Of a stretch of 64,000 nt of DNA, positions 1 to 8,308 are shown piece by piece. The translations under genes and the position numbers were made by a program. Under the pieces are notes generated by a model. It ran no database searches. It was not told where the DNA came from and saw only the letters and a list, made by a program, of their open reading frames with translations. Source of the DNA: Spirochaetota bacterium (GTDB lineage Bacteria > Spirochaetota > UBA4802 > UBA5550); NCBI GenBank assembly GCA_029564515.1, contig JAKQPV010000102.1, positions 23,685 to 87,684 on the forward strand, given 5' to 3'. The number at the start of each line of letters is the position of its first letter. Within the stretch, counting starts at the first letter, position 1.

Positions 1-320
1 TCCATGTCAAATTGCACCTGGCTGGTTCCGGGAGACGGCTGGATCTGGGCCATCCTGACGCTGGAATTCTCGACAATCCTGATTATCCCCTTGCTGCCGA
101 AATTAAGATCAACAATCGATGCGGCGCCGGTGACAATGGTGTCGTTAAACGATATACTATCCCCGGATACAGCGGCCTTCTCACCGCCGGCGGATACGAT
201 CCGTGCGTTACCGACCGAGAAGTGAACCGTAACGGCAAGCTCCTGTTCCGGTGACTTTTTACATCCAGGAAACACTGTTATTGCCACAAATAAAGCCAGA
301 AAGATAATGGATATTTTCAT
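1..320 (-). CDS. FecR-domain-like lipoprotein; partial, 3' end lies beyond the left edge
   Basis: It is absent from the ORF track because it runs off the window. Reverse translation from ATG at 320 gives MKISIIFLALFVAITVFPGCKKSPEQELAVTVHFSVGNARIVSAGGEKAAVSGDSISFNDTIVTGAASIVDLNFGSKGIIRIVENSSVRMAQ... This is a signal peptide with lipobox FPGC followed by a FecR-like beta-rich segment. The + strand ORFs 4..225 and 12..254 are its shadows. Confidence 0.5.
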   Translation of the reverse strand, partial: MKISIIFLALFVAITVFPGCKKSPEQELAVTVHFSVGNARIVSAGGEKAAVSGDSISFNDTIVTGAASIVDLNFGSKGIIRIVENSSVRMAQIQPSPGTSQVQFDM

Positions 321-886
321 AATATTCCCCCAGCATCGAAATGGTTATACTCAATCCTGGTTTTTGACTTTTGTCCAGCGCTTTTTGTGTTGAAAGCTCA
401 ATTTGATGTTTCAAACCGTTACACAGGCCCCGGCAGGCCCCCGGTACCGGCAGCACAACTAAGGTCTGTTGAGCCCCACAGCCCTTTACACAACACGCGG
501 TATTGTATTATAATATTCCAACAGAAGCATACCTGTGTGTACTTATCTTAAAAGGTATATTCTGAAACCGGATAAATCAGCGGTAGAGCCCCTGTTTATA
601 GAATAAGAAAAATTAATTCATTTATTAAAACGCAATCATTTCAGCAATCATACCTGCTGTAATTCCCGTTGCATCGATATCCGGTGTAACCATGTTATTG
701 CCGGCCCGTCAATCTCGGAATATTTTAAGATAAGGGAAAACGGACTATCGAAGACCAAAACACCCGGGATTGAGGTTTTTATATTGACAGAAATGGTTTG
801 GAAAGGTACGTATAACAACAGGGTGACACAACAACAAGCCTTGATAATTTGACTTTCGTCCAATTTCGGGATAGAGACATTCATAT

Positions 887-3800
887 ATGCGCCATTCCCA
901 CGACCGTACCTGCCTGGCCTTTCCCCGGATAATACTTATCCCTTTATTCATCATCATTTTCATCACTACAGGCAGCACCCTGTTCGCCGCCGAGCCGGTT
1001 CAGGTGAACGACGCCCGGGACATCTATCCGCTGGGCCTGCACCTGGAATATCTCGAAGACGTCAACGGGCTCCTCACGATACATGACATCACCGGCACAT
1101 CCCATGATTACACGTTCCACCCGAGCAAGGAAGAAACCCCGAATTTCGCTTTTACCGATTCGGTGTACTGGGTGAGGTTCACGCTGAGGACCGACAGCCT
1201 GAAGCACAAGCACTGGATCCTCAAATTCGGCTACCCGCTCATGGACCATATCAGCCTGTACGAGGTCAGGCCCGACCGGAAGGTGCTGCTCCTGTCTGAA
1301 ACAGGCTTCTCCCGCCCCTTCTCGACGCGGCAGGTGCCACACCGGTTCTTTTTATTCCATCTCGATCCGGGGCCGGGTGAGACCAGGACCTATTACCTGC
1401 GGCTCAGGAACCAGGACCGGATGGAAATCCCGCTGACCCTGGAGTCGGAATCGTCTTTCCAGGCCAGTGACCACAGGGAGCAGTATATCCTGGGCATTTA
1501 TTTCGGGATCATACTCTTCATCTGCATATTCAACCTCTTCATTTTCGTCTCGATCCGGGACATCTCGTACCTGTATTACATTCTCTTCGTTCTCGGTTTC
1601 GGATTCTTCCAGCTGATCCAGAACGGGACCCTCCAGGAATATTTCTGGCCCTCGTTCCTCGAGAAGTACAACCATGTCATACCCTTTTCAATCGCCATTA
1701 CGCTGGTCACGCTGATCCTCTTCACCCGGTCGTTTCTCGACACGAAGAAGCTCTACCCTGCCTTCAACCGTTATTTCACCGGGCTGGCAGTCTTCACGGC
1801 CGTCTCGATCACGTTCCAGCTTTTCCTGAAATATTCCATCGCGGTGCAGATCCAGGTCGCGCTTTCGCTCCTTACGCTCGGCTCGGTCGTCACGGTCGGC
1901 TCGGTGGGCGTGTTCAGGAAGTCGCGGCCGGCCCGTTATTTCATGGGCTCATGGCTGATCATCCTCTTTGGCGGGATCATCTACGCCTTCAAAGTCCTTG
2001 CCGTCCTGCCGACCAACACCTTCACCACGTACGCCCTGCAGATCGGCTCGGTCATACAATTTATCCTGCTCGCGCTGGGACTGGGCGACCGGATCAACGT
2101 CATCAAGATGGAGAAGGACCGCGCCCAGCAGGACGCCATACGCTCCCAGCAGATGGCGATCGAGAACCTGAGCAAGGCCGACCGGCTGAAAGACGAATTC
2201 CTCGCGAACACCTCGCACGAGCTGAAGACGCCCCTGGTGGGCATCATCGGCATGGCTGAATCGCTCATCGACGGCGCCGCCGGGCCCATGACCGCAGAGA
2301 TGAAATACAACCTTTCGATGATCAGCTCGAGCGGGCTGCGTCTCTCCAGCCTGATCAATGACATCCTCGATTATTCAAAGATGAAAAACAGCACCCTCGA
2401 GCTTCGGCGCCGTCCCGTAGACCTGCACCAGCTCGCCGACCTGGTGTTCGTCATGGCACGAACGCTCCTCCGCGGCAAGCTGATCGAGCTCAAGAACGAC
2501 GTGCCGGAGGGGCTGCCGCTCGTGTTCGCGGATGAAAACCGTCTCCAGCAGATATTCTTCAACCTGGTCGGGAACGCCATCAAGTTCACGGACCGCGGCC
2601 ACGTCCGGATCACGGCAGCCGCCCGCGACCTGCACGCCGGGACTCACATGGTCGAGGTGCGCGTGGAGGACACCGGCATCGGCATTCCCCACAACAGGCA
2701 GGGCGACATCTTCCGCTCGTTCGAGCAGGTGGACGCTTCCATTTCCCGCGAATACGGCGGCACCGGCCTGGGCCTCTCGATAACGAAAAAGCTGATCGAG
2801 CTTCACAACGGCGGGATATGGGTCGAGTCGGAGCCGGGAAAAGGATCGAGCTTCATCTTCACGATACCCGTCTCGGAGAACCAGTCGACCATCCCGGCGG
2901 ACACGGCGGGAGGCGAAGTGAAGGCGATCGCCCTGCAGGAGCTCCCGCCCCTTCCCGCGATCTCGGGCGAAGGCAGCGCCAGGATACTCGTCGTCGACGA
3001 CGAGCCGATCAACCTGCAGGTGCTCTCCAACCAGCTGCTGCTGGAGAAACACCGCGTGATCCTGGCAACGAACGGCGAAGACGCCATCAAGCTTATCGCC
3101 GAGAATCCGCCCGACATGGTGGTGCTTGACATCATGATGCCGTGCATGTCGGGCCTTGAAGTCTGCCGCCGCCTCCGCGAGACCTACAGCCTGCACGAGC
3201 TCCCGGTCCTCATGCTGACCGCCAAGAACCAGCTGAACGACATCATCGCCGGTTTCGAGGCCGGGGCGAACGATTATCTCGCCAAGCCCTTTGACAAGCG
3301 CGAGCTCATCGCGCGCGTCAACACCCTGCTCTCGCTCAGGGACGCCATCGAAAAGAACAATTCCCTCCTCGTCATGCAGAAGGAGCTGGAGATAGCGAAA
3401 CGAATTTTACAATCGATCCTTCCCGACGGACCGCCGGTCATGAAAAAGCTCGCCATATACACGCGGTACCTTCCCATGGACCGGGTGGGGGGCGACTTTT
3501 TCGATTTCCATGTCCTCGACGAAGACCGCATCGGCGTTTTTACCGCTGACGTATCGGGCCACGGCGTTCCTTCCGCGATCATAGCGGCCATGCTGAAGGT
3601 CGCCTTCTCGCTCCAGAAATCGATCGCCCGCGAGCCCGACGAGCTCCTCCGGGAGATAAACCATATCCTGCGCGGAAAATTCGGGAAGAGCTTCATCACC
3701 GCCATCTATGCCTATATCGACATGGTAGCGGGGACCCTCTCGGGATCGAATGCGGGACACTTCCCCATCGTCATTCACCGGAAACAGGACGGGACGATCC

Positions 3801-4120
3801 ACGAGTTCATGCCGAAGGGATGGGCCATCGGGATCAGGGGCGAGCCGATGCTGACGCGCGAGGAATTCGCTCTGGCTGCCGGTGACAGGATAGTCCTGTT
3901 CACGGACGGTATTATCGAGGCCCGGAACAAGGCGGGCGATTTATTCGGTTACGAAACTTTTCTCGGTCACATCGGCACGCAGCGGCACCTGCCCCCGCGC
4001 GAGTTCGCCGATTTCATCATCGCCCGCATGTCGGAATGGACGGGCCAGGGGGACCGGTTCGACGACGACGTCACGCTGCTCGTTATCGACGTGGCGGACG
4101 ATTACGTTAAAGCCGGTTAA
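887..4120 (+). CDS. Multidomain sensor: 7TMR-DISM extracellular + 7TM module, HisKA/HATPase_c kinase, receiver, and C-terminal PP2C/SpoIIE-type phosphatase
   Basis: 1077-aa ORF with an N-terminal signal/TM and a block of hydrophobic helices at about aa 200-400. H-box 'NTSHELKTPL'. ATPase boxes 'DTGIGIP' and 'GGTGLGLSITKKL'. REC 'ILVVDDEPINLQVL..DIMMPCMSGLEV..LTAK..KPF'. PP2C 'MDRVGGDFFDF..FTADVSGHGVPSAI..LFTDGIIEA'. Confidence 0.85.
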   Translation: MRHSHDRTCLAFPRIILIPLFIIIFITTGSTLFAAEPVQVNDARDIYPLGLHLEYLEDVNGLLTIHDITGTSHDYTFHPSKEETPNFAFTDSVYWVRFTLRTDSLKHKHWILKFGYPLMDHISLYEVRPDRKVLLLSETGFSRPFSTRQVPHRFFLFHLDPGPGETRTYYLRLRNQDRMEIPLTLESESSFQASDHREQYILGIYFGIILFICIFNLFIFVSIRDISYLYYILFVLGFGFFQLIQNGTLQEYFWPSFLEKYNHVIPFSIAITLVTLILFTRSFLDTKKLYPAFNRYFTGLAVFTAVSITFQLFLKYSIAVQIQVALSLLTLGSVVTVGSVGVFRKSRPARYFMGSWLIILFGGIIYAFKVLAVLPTNTFTTYALQIGSVIQFILLALGLGDRINVIKMEKDRAQQDAIRSQQMAIENLSKADRLKDEFLANTSHELKTPLVGIIGMAESLIDGAAGPMTAEMKYNLSMISSSGLRLSSLINDILDYSKMKNSTLELRRRPVDLHQLADLVFVMARTLLRGKLIELKNDVPEGLPLVFADENRLQQIFFNLVGNAIKFTDRGHVRITAAARDLHAGTHMVEVRVEDTGIGIPHNRQGDIFRSFEQVDASISREYGGTGLGLSITKKLIELHNGGIWVESEPGKGSSFIFTIPVSENQSTIPADTAGGEVKAIALQELPPLPAISGEGSARILVVDDEPINLQVLSNQLLLEKHRVILATNGEDAIKLIAENPPDMVVLDIMMPCMSGLEVCRRLRETYSLHELPVLMLTAKNQLNDIIAGFEAGANDYLAKPFDKRELIARVNTLLSLRDAIEKNNSLLVMQKELEIAKRILQSILPDGPPVMKKLAIYTRYLPMDRVGGDFFDFHVLDEDRIGVFTADVSGHGVPSAIIAAMLKVAFSLQKSIAREPDELLREINHILRGKFGKSFITAIYAYIDMVAGTLSGSNAGHFPIVIHRKQDGTIHEFMPKGWAIGIRGEPMLTREEFALAAGDRIVLFTDGIIEARNKAGDLFGYETFLGHIGTQRHLPPREFADFIIARMSEWTGQGDRFDDDVTLLVIDVADDYVKAG

Positions 4121-4262
4121 CTGGCGGCAAGTGGAATTGCATGAGGCGGGAGGACGCGGATGTCCGGAGATGCGAGGAAAAGCGCAGGGCAGGGGGCTTT
4201 AAATTTACCCGATTTTCATGTATAATAATTCAGATAATGATTAATGTCTGATCAGTGCTGTA

Positions 4263-5114
4263 TCAGTAATAATATAAAAATTCATGCCTGCGCGGAATGA
4301 TATATTTTCGATAAGATGGACGCGCTTTTTGAATGATTTCAGGCAATACAATACTATCTTCCGAGGTATGGTATGCTGCAATTGCCAGACGCGGGCCATA
4401 TTTAGCAAGAACCTGTTGAGCACCGGCTAACGCATAACGTTCGCTTCCCTCTATGTCCATTTTGATGAAGTCGACATGATCGAGACCCAGATCCTCTGCA
4501 ATTGCATCGATTGTTGTGGCCGGGATGCGGATGGTCGCCTTATCTTGTTCCAATTTACTTTTTACATGAAATACGGCTGATTTACCGGTGAATTCCAATT
4601 CACCTTTCTTACTCCATACAGCTGAATCAATCAGGATAACCTGACCGCTGTTAATTTCTGTTGCGAATGTTTTTTTCAGACATTTGATATTGCCTTGTTC
4701 CGGTTCGATAACAACGACTTTTGAAGCACCTCGATCAATACCAATACGAGTGAAAACCCCTAGAAATCCGCCAACGTCAATAACAACATCTCCGTTTTTG
4801 ATTTTTACTGGTCCTTGTTGGTAGATGTTGTCATTTTGTTCAAATGTCATAATCTGGACAAATTCCTTTTCACTTTCATAGCCCCAGAATTTCCCAAATA
4901 TTGTATTCCAGAGGACCAGCCCATTTTCTGTTTCTGAATAATCTGATTCAACTTTTATTGGATCGAAACTATTATATGTGGTGAAATATGGTGGGGGTAA
5001 ATTTTTGAATATAGTCTTCCATGATGCAGAAGGCAGGTTACCGCTGATTTTATTGACTATTAAATTTTTACGCCATAAAAAAAATCCAGGCGGTTCAATA
5101 ATATCCCGGGACAT
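4263..5114 (-). CDS. FkbM-family SAM-dependent methyltransferase
   Basis: 283-aa ORF with glycine loop 'GDVVIDVGGFLGVFT' and 'FIKMDIEGSERYAL', both typical of FkbM methyltransferases. The gene is visibly AT-rich: 20 G+C in 4801..4860 versus 38 in 2641..2700 (hand count). Confidence 0.75.
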   Translation of the reverse strand: MSRDIIEPPGFFLWRKNLIVNKISGNLPSASWKTIFKNLPPPYFTTYNSFDPIKVESDYSETENGLVLWNTIFGKFWGYESEKEFVQIMTFEQNDNIYQQGPVKIKNGDVVIDVGGFLGVFTRIGIDRGASKVVVIEPEQGNIKCLKKTFATEINSGQVILIDSAVWSKKGELEFTGKSAVFHVKSKLEQDKATIRIPATTIDAIAEDLGLDHVDFIKMDIEGSERYALAGAQQVLAKYGPRLAIAAYHTSEDSIVLPEIIQKARPSYRKYIIPRRHEFLYYY

Positions 5115-5231
5115 AAGTATAATAAAAAACCGCCAGTATTGTTATTACAGCAAAGTATAAATATTTCCTGTATATTCGTTTTGTTTTTTTGACAGGCTGT
5201 TGCATCTCTCCTCTGACTAGTTCAAATATCA

Positions 5232-5336
5232 AGGATTCAGCACCCTCTTCGGTAAAGGCTTAAGGGACACAATGCGCTGTATCGGCTGCAAGTATGGGAG
5301 ATCATACCACATCTTTCAACAAAAAAAGCACCGGAC
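5232..5336. repeat. 105-nt direct repeat, copy A (leader/promoter-like cassette upstream of the FkbM gene in minus-strand sense)
   Basis: Ungapped hand alignment to 6576..6680 gives 81/105 identical. The conserved core on the + strand is CACCCTC.TCGGTAAAGGCT.A.GGGACACAATG. Confidence 0.75.
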
Positions 5337-5366
5337 AGCAGGCTTGTAATTCGGGACGGCCCTTTT

Positions 5367-6353
5367 TCATTTTTCCAGCAACTCTATGACCGGTCGGGCA
5401 AGGACACGAAACTCCTCCGCAAGACCCACCAACCCTACGCCGGTTGAAAGCTCCGCTGCGCGCTCGAGTTCCACAACGATCCGATCTGCTATTCTCTCCA
5501 CTATACATTCTTGTTGGATAATTGCGCATATTTTTTCAGAAGTTACGGCCGCAGCGTCACCGTTTTTTTCAGCAAGCAAATCCCATAATCTACGGCCGTC
5601 GTCATTGAGGCAGGCATACACCGCACTCCGTTCGCCCTTCTCCATATCGGCTTCAAGGTCCTGGATGTCATCAAGTAGACGCCAGGCGATGCCGAATGAC
5701 TCATACGCTCCTCTCAGGCCCGATACATATTTCGCATTGCCTCCGGTCTTCATTGCTGCAAGAACCGGCATTATTACCCAGGTCGCCATCTGTTTGCGGA
5801 ATAGTCCGCAGTACGCATCAAGAGACGCCGGGGCTTCCTTATCCGTGATGCCGGAATAGTAATCGCCGATTAGTTCCCGGGCAATTTCGATCCCGCCGGT
5901 GATCCCGGAGCAAAACCGGTTGAAACCCTCATTCATGCGATGCCATGCCTGCCCGCGCAATAGAAGCGTCACGTGGGACATCGGCACTTCTCCGTCCACC
6001 AGGTGATCATCGAGAGAATGGAGCAGCATGGCAATGGCCTGGCCGTCCAGCATCGCGTCTATCTCTTCATCGGAGACGATCCGGCGATCATGGCGCTGCG
6101 CGGTCAGCCAGTAGAGGACCGACCATGCGGGACGGTAGTAGTATTTGAAGAAATCAAGCTTTTCACCTACATTAATATGAACATACTCCATGAGGAACGT
6201 CAGGGCCGCCGTCTGAGCGCTCCGGGGAAGAGAGCGGCAGAGCGCAGATATCCGGTCGTTGAGACGGCGGTAGAAGTCGCCGGTGTCGCCTATTGGAACA
6301 TCCCCGAACTTGATTGCTGAACTTATTTGGAAGATTGGTCCCGGATCATTCAT
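5367..6353 (-). CDS. Divergent class-I isoprenoid-synthase-fold protein (polyprenyl/terpene synthase-like), function unknown
   Basis: 328-aa ORF with two Asp-rich motifs at the spacing expected for FARM/SARM: 'AMLLHSLDDHLVDGE' and 'FGIAWRLLDDIQDLEADMEKGERS'. Otherwise it shares little with the two canonical polyprenyl synthases in this window. Confidence 0.5.
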   Translation of the reverse strand: MNDPGPIFQISSAIKFGDVPIGDTGDFYRRLNDRISALCRSLPRSAQTAALTFLMEYVHINVGEKLDFFKYYYRPAWSVLYWLTAQRHDRRIVSDEEIDAMLDGQAIAMLLHSLDDHLVDGEVPMSHVTLLLRGQAWHRMNEGFNRFCSGITGGIEIARELIGDYYSGITDKEAPASLDAYCGLFRKQMATWVIMPVLAAMKTGGNAKYVSGLRGAYESFGIAWRLLDDIQDLEADMEKGERSAVYACLNDDGRRLWDLLAEKNGDAAAVTSEKICAIIQQECIVERIADRIVVELERAAELSTGVGLVGLAEEFRVLARPVIELLEK

Positions 6354-6471
6354 GATTCATTCCACGGGGATTAATCTGTCTCTGAATATTACTGAAAAGC
6401 AGGATGAGTCAAGTTGAATTTTATTTTGAAAAACCTCGATGTATATATAAATCAGGGGATCTGTCCTTACT

Positions 6472-6566
6472 CTCAGGGGAAGGGATCGGCAAAGCGCAGA
6501 TACATGGTCGTTGAGACGGCGGTTGAAGTCGTCGGTGTGGCTTGCGGGAACATAGCCGAACGTAAT
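6472..6566 (-). pseudogene. 95-nt relic copy of the 5' coding region (about codons 14-45) of the 5367..6353 gene
   Basis: Ungapped hand alignment of 6472..6566 to 6220..6314 gives 77/95 identical. There is no start codon or continuing ORF. Repeat copy B lies directly upstream of it in minus-strand sense. Confidence 0.65.
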
Positions 6567-6575
6567 GGATTATAT

Positions 6576-6680
6576 AGGATTTTACACCCTCCTCGGTAAA
6601 GGCTCATGGGACACAATGAGCTTTATCTGTAGCAAACATGGGAGATCGAATAACAAATATCAACACAAAAAATACTGGAC
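6576..6680. repeat. 105-nt direct repeat, copy B
   Basis: See copy A. 81/105 identical with no gaps, 1344 nt offset. Confidence 0.75.
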
Positions 6681-7129
6681 GGGGGGCTTAAAATTCTTGC
6701 CCTGAGCTTGTCGAAAGGTCGCGCGCGCCGAAAAAATGAGAAATCCTGCGAGAAATGGGCAAAAATTCGCTGCCCAGTGTATAGAACAACAGCGGTTAGG
6801 ATATAAAGCTATCGTATTGATGACCAGACACCCGGCATGTAAGCCGGGCGTCGCGAGAGCGCGCACATGGAAGTGCGCCCTCGAGCGAACGCTAATCGCA
6901 TGTTATTACAAAGCCTCACGATACAAAAGGTAATTTCCGGGAATGATCCAATTGTGAACAGATCGCCATTAAAACGTCAAAACCTTGCCGAGCAGTGAGC
7001 CGGATTCGGCGTAGCCGATTGGCGCTGGCCAGGAGGGCCGAGTGTCGCGGAGGCCATGGATGGCCGAGAGCGACCGAATCTGCCGGTAGCCCCCGCCCGC
7101 GAGGCGGCGCGGGGGGTGGGGTTATAAGC

Positions 7130-7153
7130 GGCGACGGATTTAAATCCGTCGCC
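7130..7153. repeat. Perfect 24-nt palindrome GGCGACGGATTTAAATCCGTCGCC (REP-like)
   Basis: Read directly from the sequence. It has the same architecture (GC-rich arms around a TTTAAA centre) as 7219..7242 and 14559..14580. Confidence 0.7.
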
Positions 7154-7218
7154 AACAGAAAGAATTATGCTGATTCAGAGATTGTGAATTTATTGGGGGA
7201 TATAACTCAATTTATGAC

Positions 7219-7242
7219 AGGGTCGGGTTTAAACCCGACCCT
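7219..7242. repeat. Perfect 24-nt palindrome AGGGTCGGGTTTAAACCCGACCCT (REP-like)
   Basis: Read directly from the sequence. A near-copy, GGGCCGGGTTTTAACCCGACCC, lies at 14559..14580. Confidence 0.7.
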
Positions 7243-7361
7243 ATCAAAGCGGCTGCCACCCCTTCCCTTTTAATGTGCCCGATCCGCTCCGGGTCGCTCT
7301 CCTGCGCTGTTCAGCGCACAAACCCTGATACTCTCACAAAAAGTTCATCCTAATGACCAAT

Positions 7362-7433
7362 GGATTCCCGCTGGAGTTTATCCCGAGCCCTTCGACAAGC
7401 TCAGGATAAACCTGTCGAGGGGCGGGAATGACA
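7362..7433. repeat. Partial/decayed copy of the TGTCAT...ATGACA inverted-repeat element family
   Basis: GGATTCCCGC...GCGGGAATGACA termini, with internal imperfect inverted repeat CCTTCGACAAGC..CCTGTCGAGG. Confidence 0.4.
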
Positions 7434-7530
7434 TGGGCGAGTCCCCCTGCGCCGGACGGCACGCCCTGTTTTTTATTCATTGACAAAAGACGCGCCCGTG
7501 CGATAGGTTAATCCCGAACCCGAGGTAACC

Positions 7531-8274
7531 ATGCGAATAATTTCCGTTTCAAACAATAAAGGCGGCGTCGGCAAGACGACCAGCACGGTGAATATTGCGG
7601 CCGCGCTCCAGCTCAAGGGAAACAGGGTCCTCGTCATCGACCTTGACCACCAGGCGCAGGCGACCTACCACCTGGGCTACAATCCCAAGCAGATCAAAAA
7701 ATCGATCTATCACGTGCTCAAGGGCGAGCTGCCCTTCGACGAGATACTGATCAACCGGAACGACCTCCACATACTCCCGGCGAACCAGGACCTCAAGGAC
7801 ATCGAGTTTCTTCCCATACCCGCCAAGGAGTTCCTCCTCAGGGACGCGCTGGAGGAAGTGAACGGGTATGATTTCATCCTGATTGACTGCCCCCCGTCGC
7901 TGGGCATCCTCACCCTGAACGCGCTCGCCTTCTCGAAGGAGATTCTGGTGCCGCTCCAGGTACAATTCCTTCCCTTCCATGGCATGTATAACCTTTTCGA
8001 GGCCGTGCAGGTTGTCAAGCGGCGCCTCAACAAGGACATCGACGTTACCGGCATCATCGGCACCATGTACAACGCGAAGCGGGCCATCAACAGGGAAGTG
8101 ATCGACGAAACCGAGAACCGCCTTCCCGGCAAGCTGTTCGAGACGCTCATCAGGGAAAACGTGGCGCTCCAGGAAGCGCCCAGCTGGGGCAAGACCATCT
8201 TCGAGTACAAGCCGCATTGCACAGGCGCCGACGACTACATGAAGCTTACGGAAGAGATCCTGGAGAGGGAGTGA
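7531..8274 (+). CDS. ParA/Soj-family P-loop ATPase (orphan, no parB nearby)
   Basis: 247 aa with deviant Walker A 'SNNKGGVGKTTSTVNIAAAL' and 'VLVIDLDHQ'. Confidence 0.85.
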   Translation: MRIISVSNNKGGVGKTTSTVNIAAALQLKGNRVLVIDLDHQAQATYHLGYNPKQIKKSIYHVLKGELPFDEILINRNDLHILPANQDLKDIEFLPIPAKEFLLRDALEEVNGYDFILIDCPPSLGILTLNALAFSKEILVPLQVQFLPFHGMYNLFEAVQVVKRRLNKDIDVTGIIGTMYNAKRAINREVIDETENRLPGKLFETLIRENVALQEAPSWGKTIFEYKPHCTGADDYMKLTEEILERE

Positions 8275-8308
8275 GCGGTGCTGCGGCGCTGACGCGCGCA
8301 GGCCGCAG

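Noticed and set aside
6690-7440. Possible CRISPR array or tRNA/ncRNA genes in the large ORF-free region
   Set aside because: The repeats are palindromes of different sequence at irregular spacing, with no repeat-spacer periodicity. I saw no tRNA-like GTTCGAATC / TAGCTCAG boxes here or elsewhere in the window.
4130-7530. Calling the AT-rich island a mobile element or genomic island
   Set aside because: There is no integrase, transposase, tRNA attachment site or clean flanking direct repeats. The 105-nt repeats sit upstream of genes rather than at island borders. I report it as a finding, not as a mobile_element feature.
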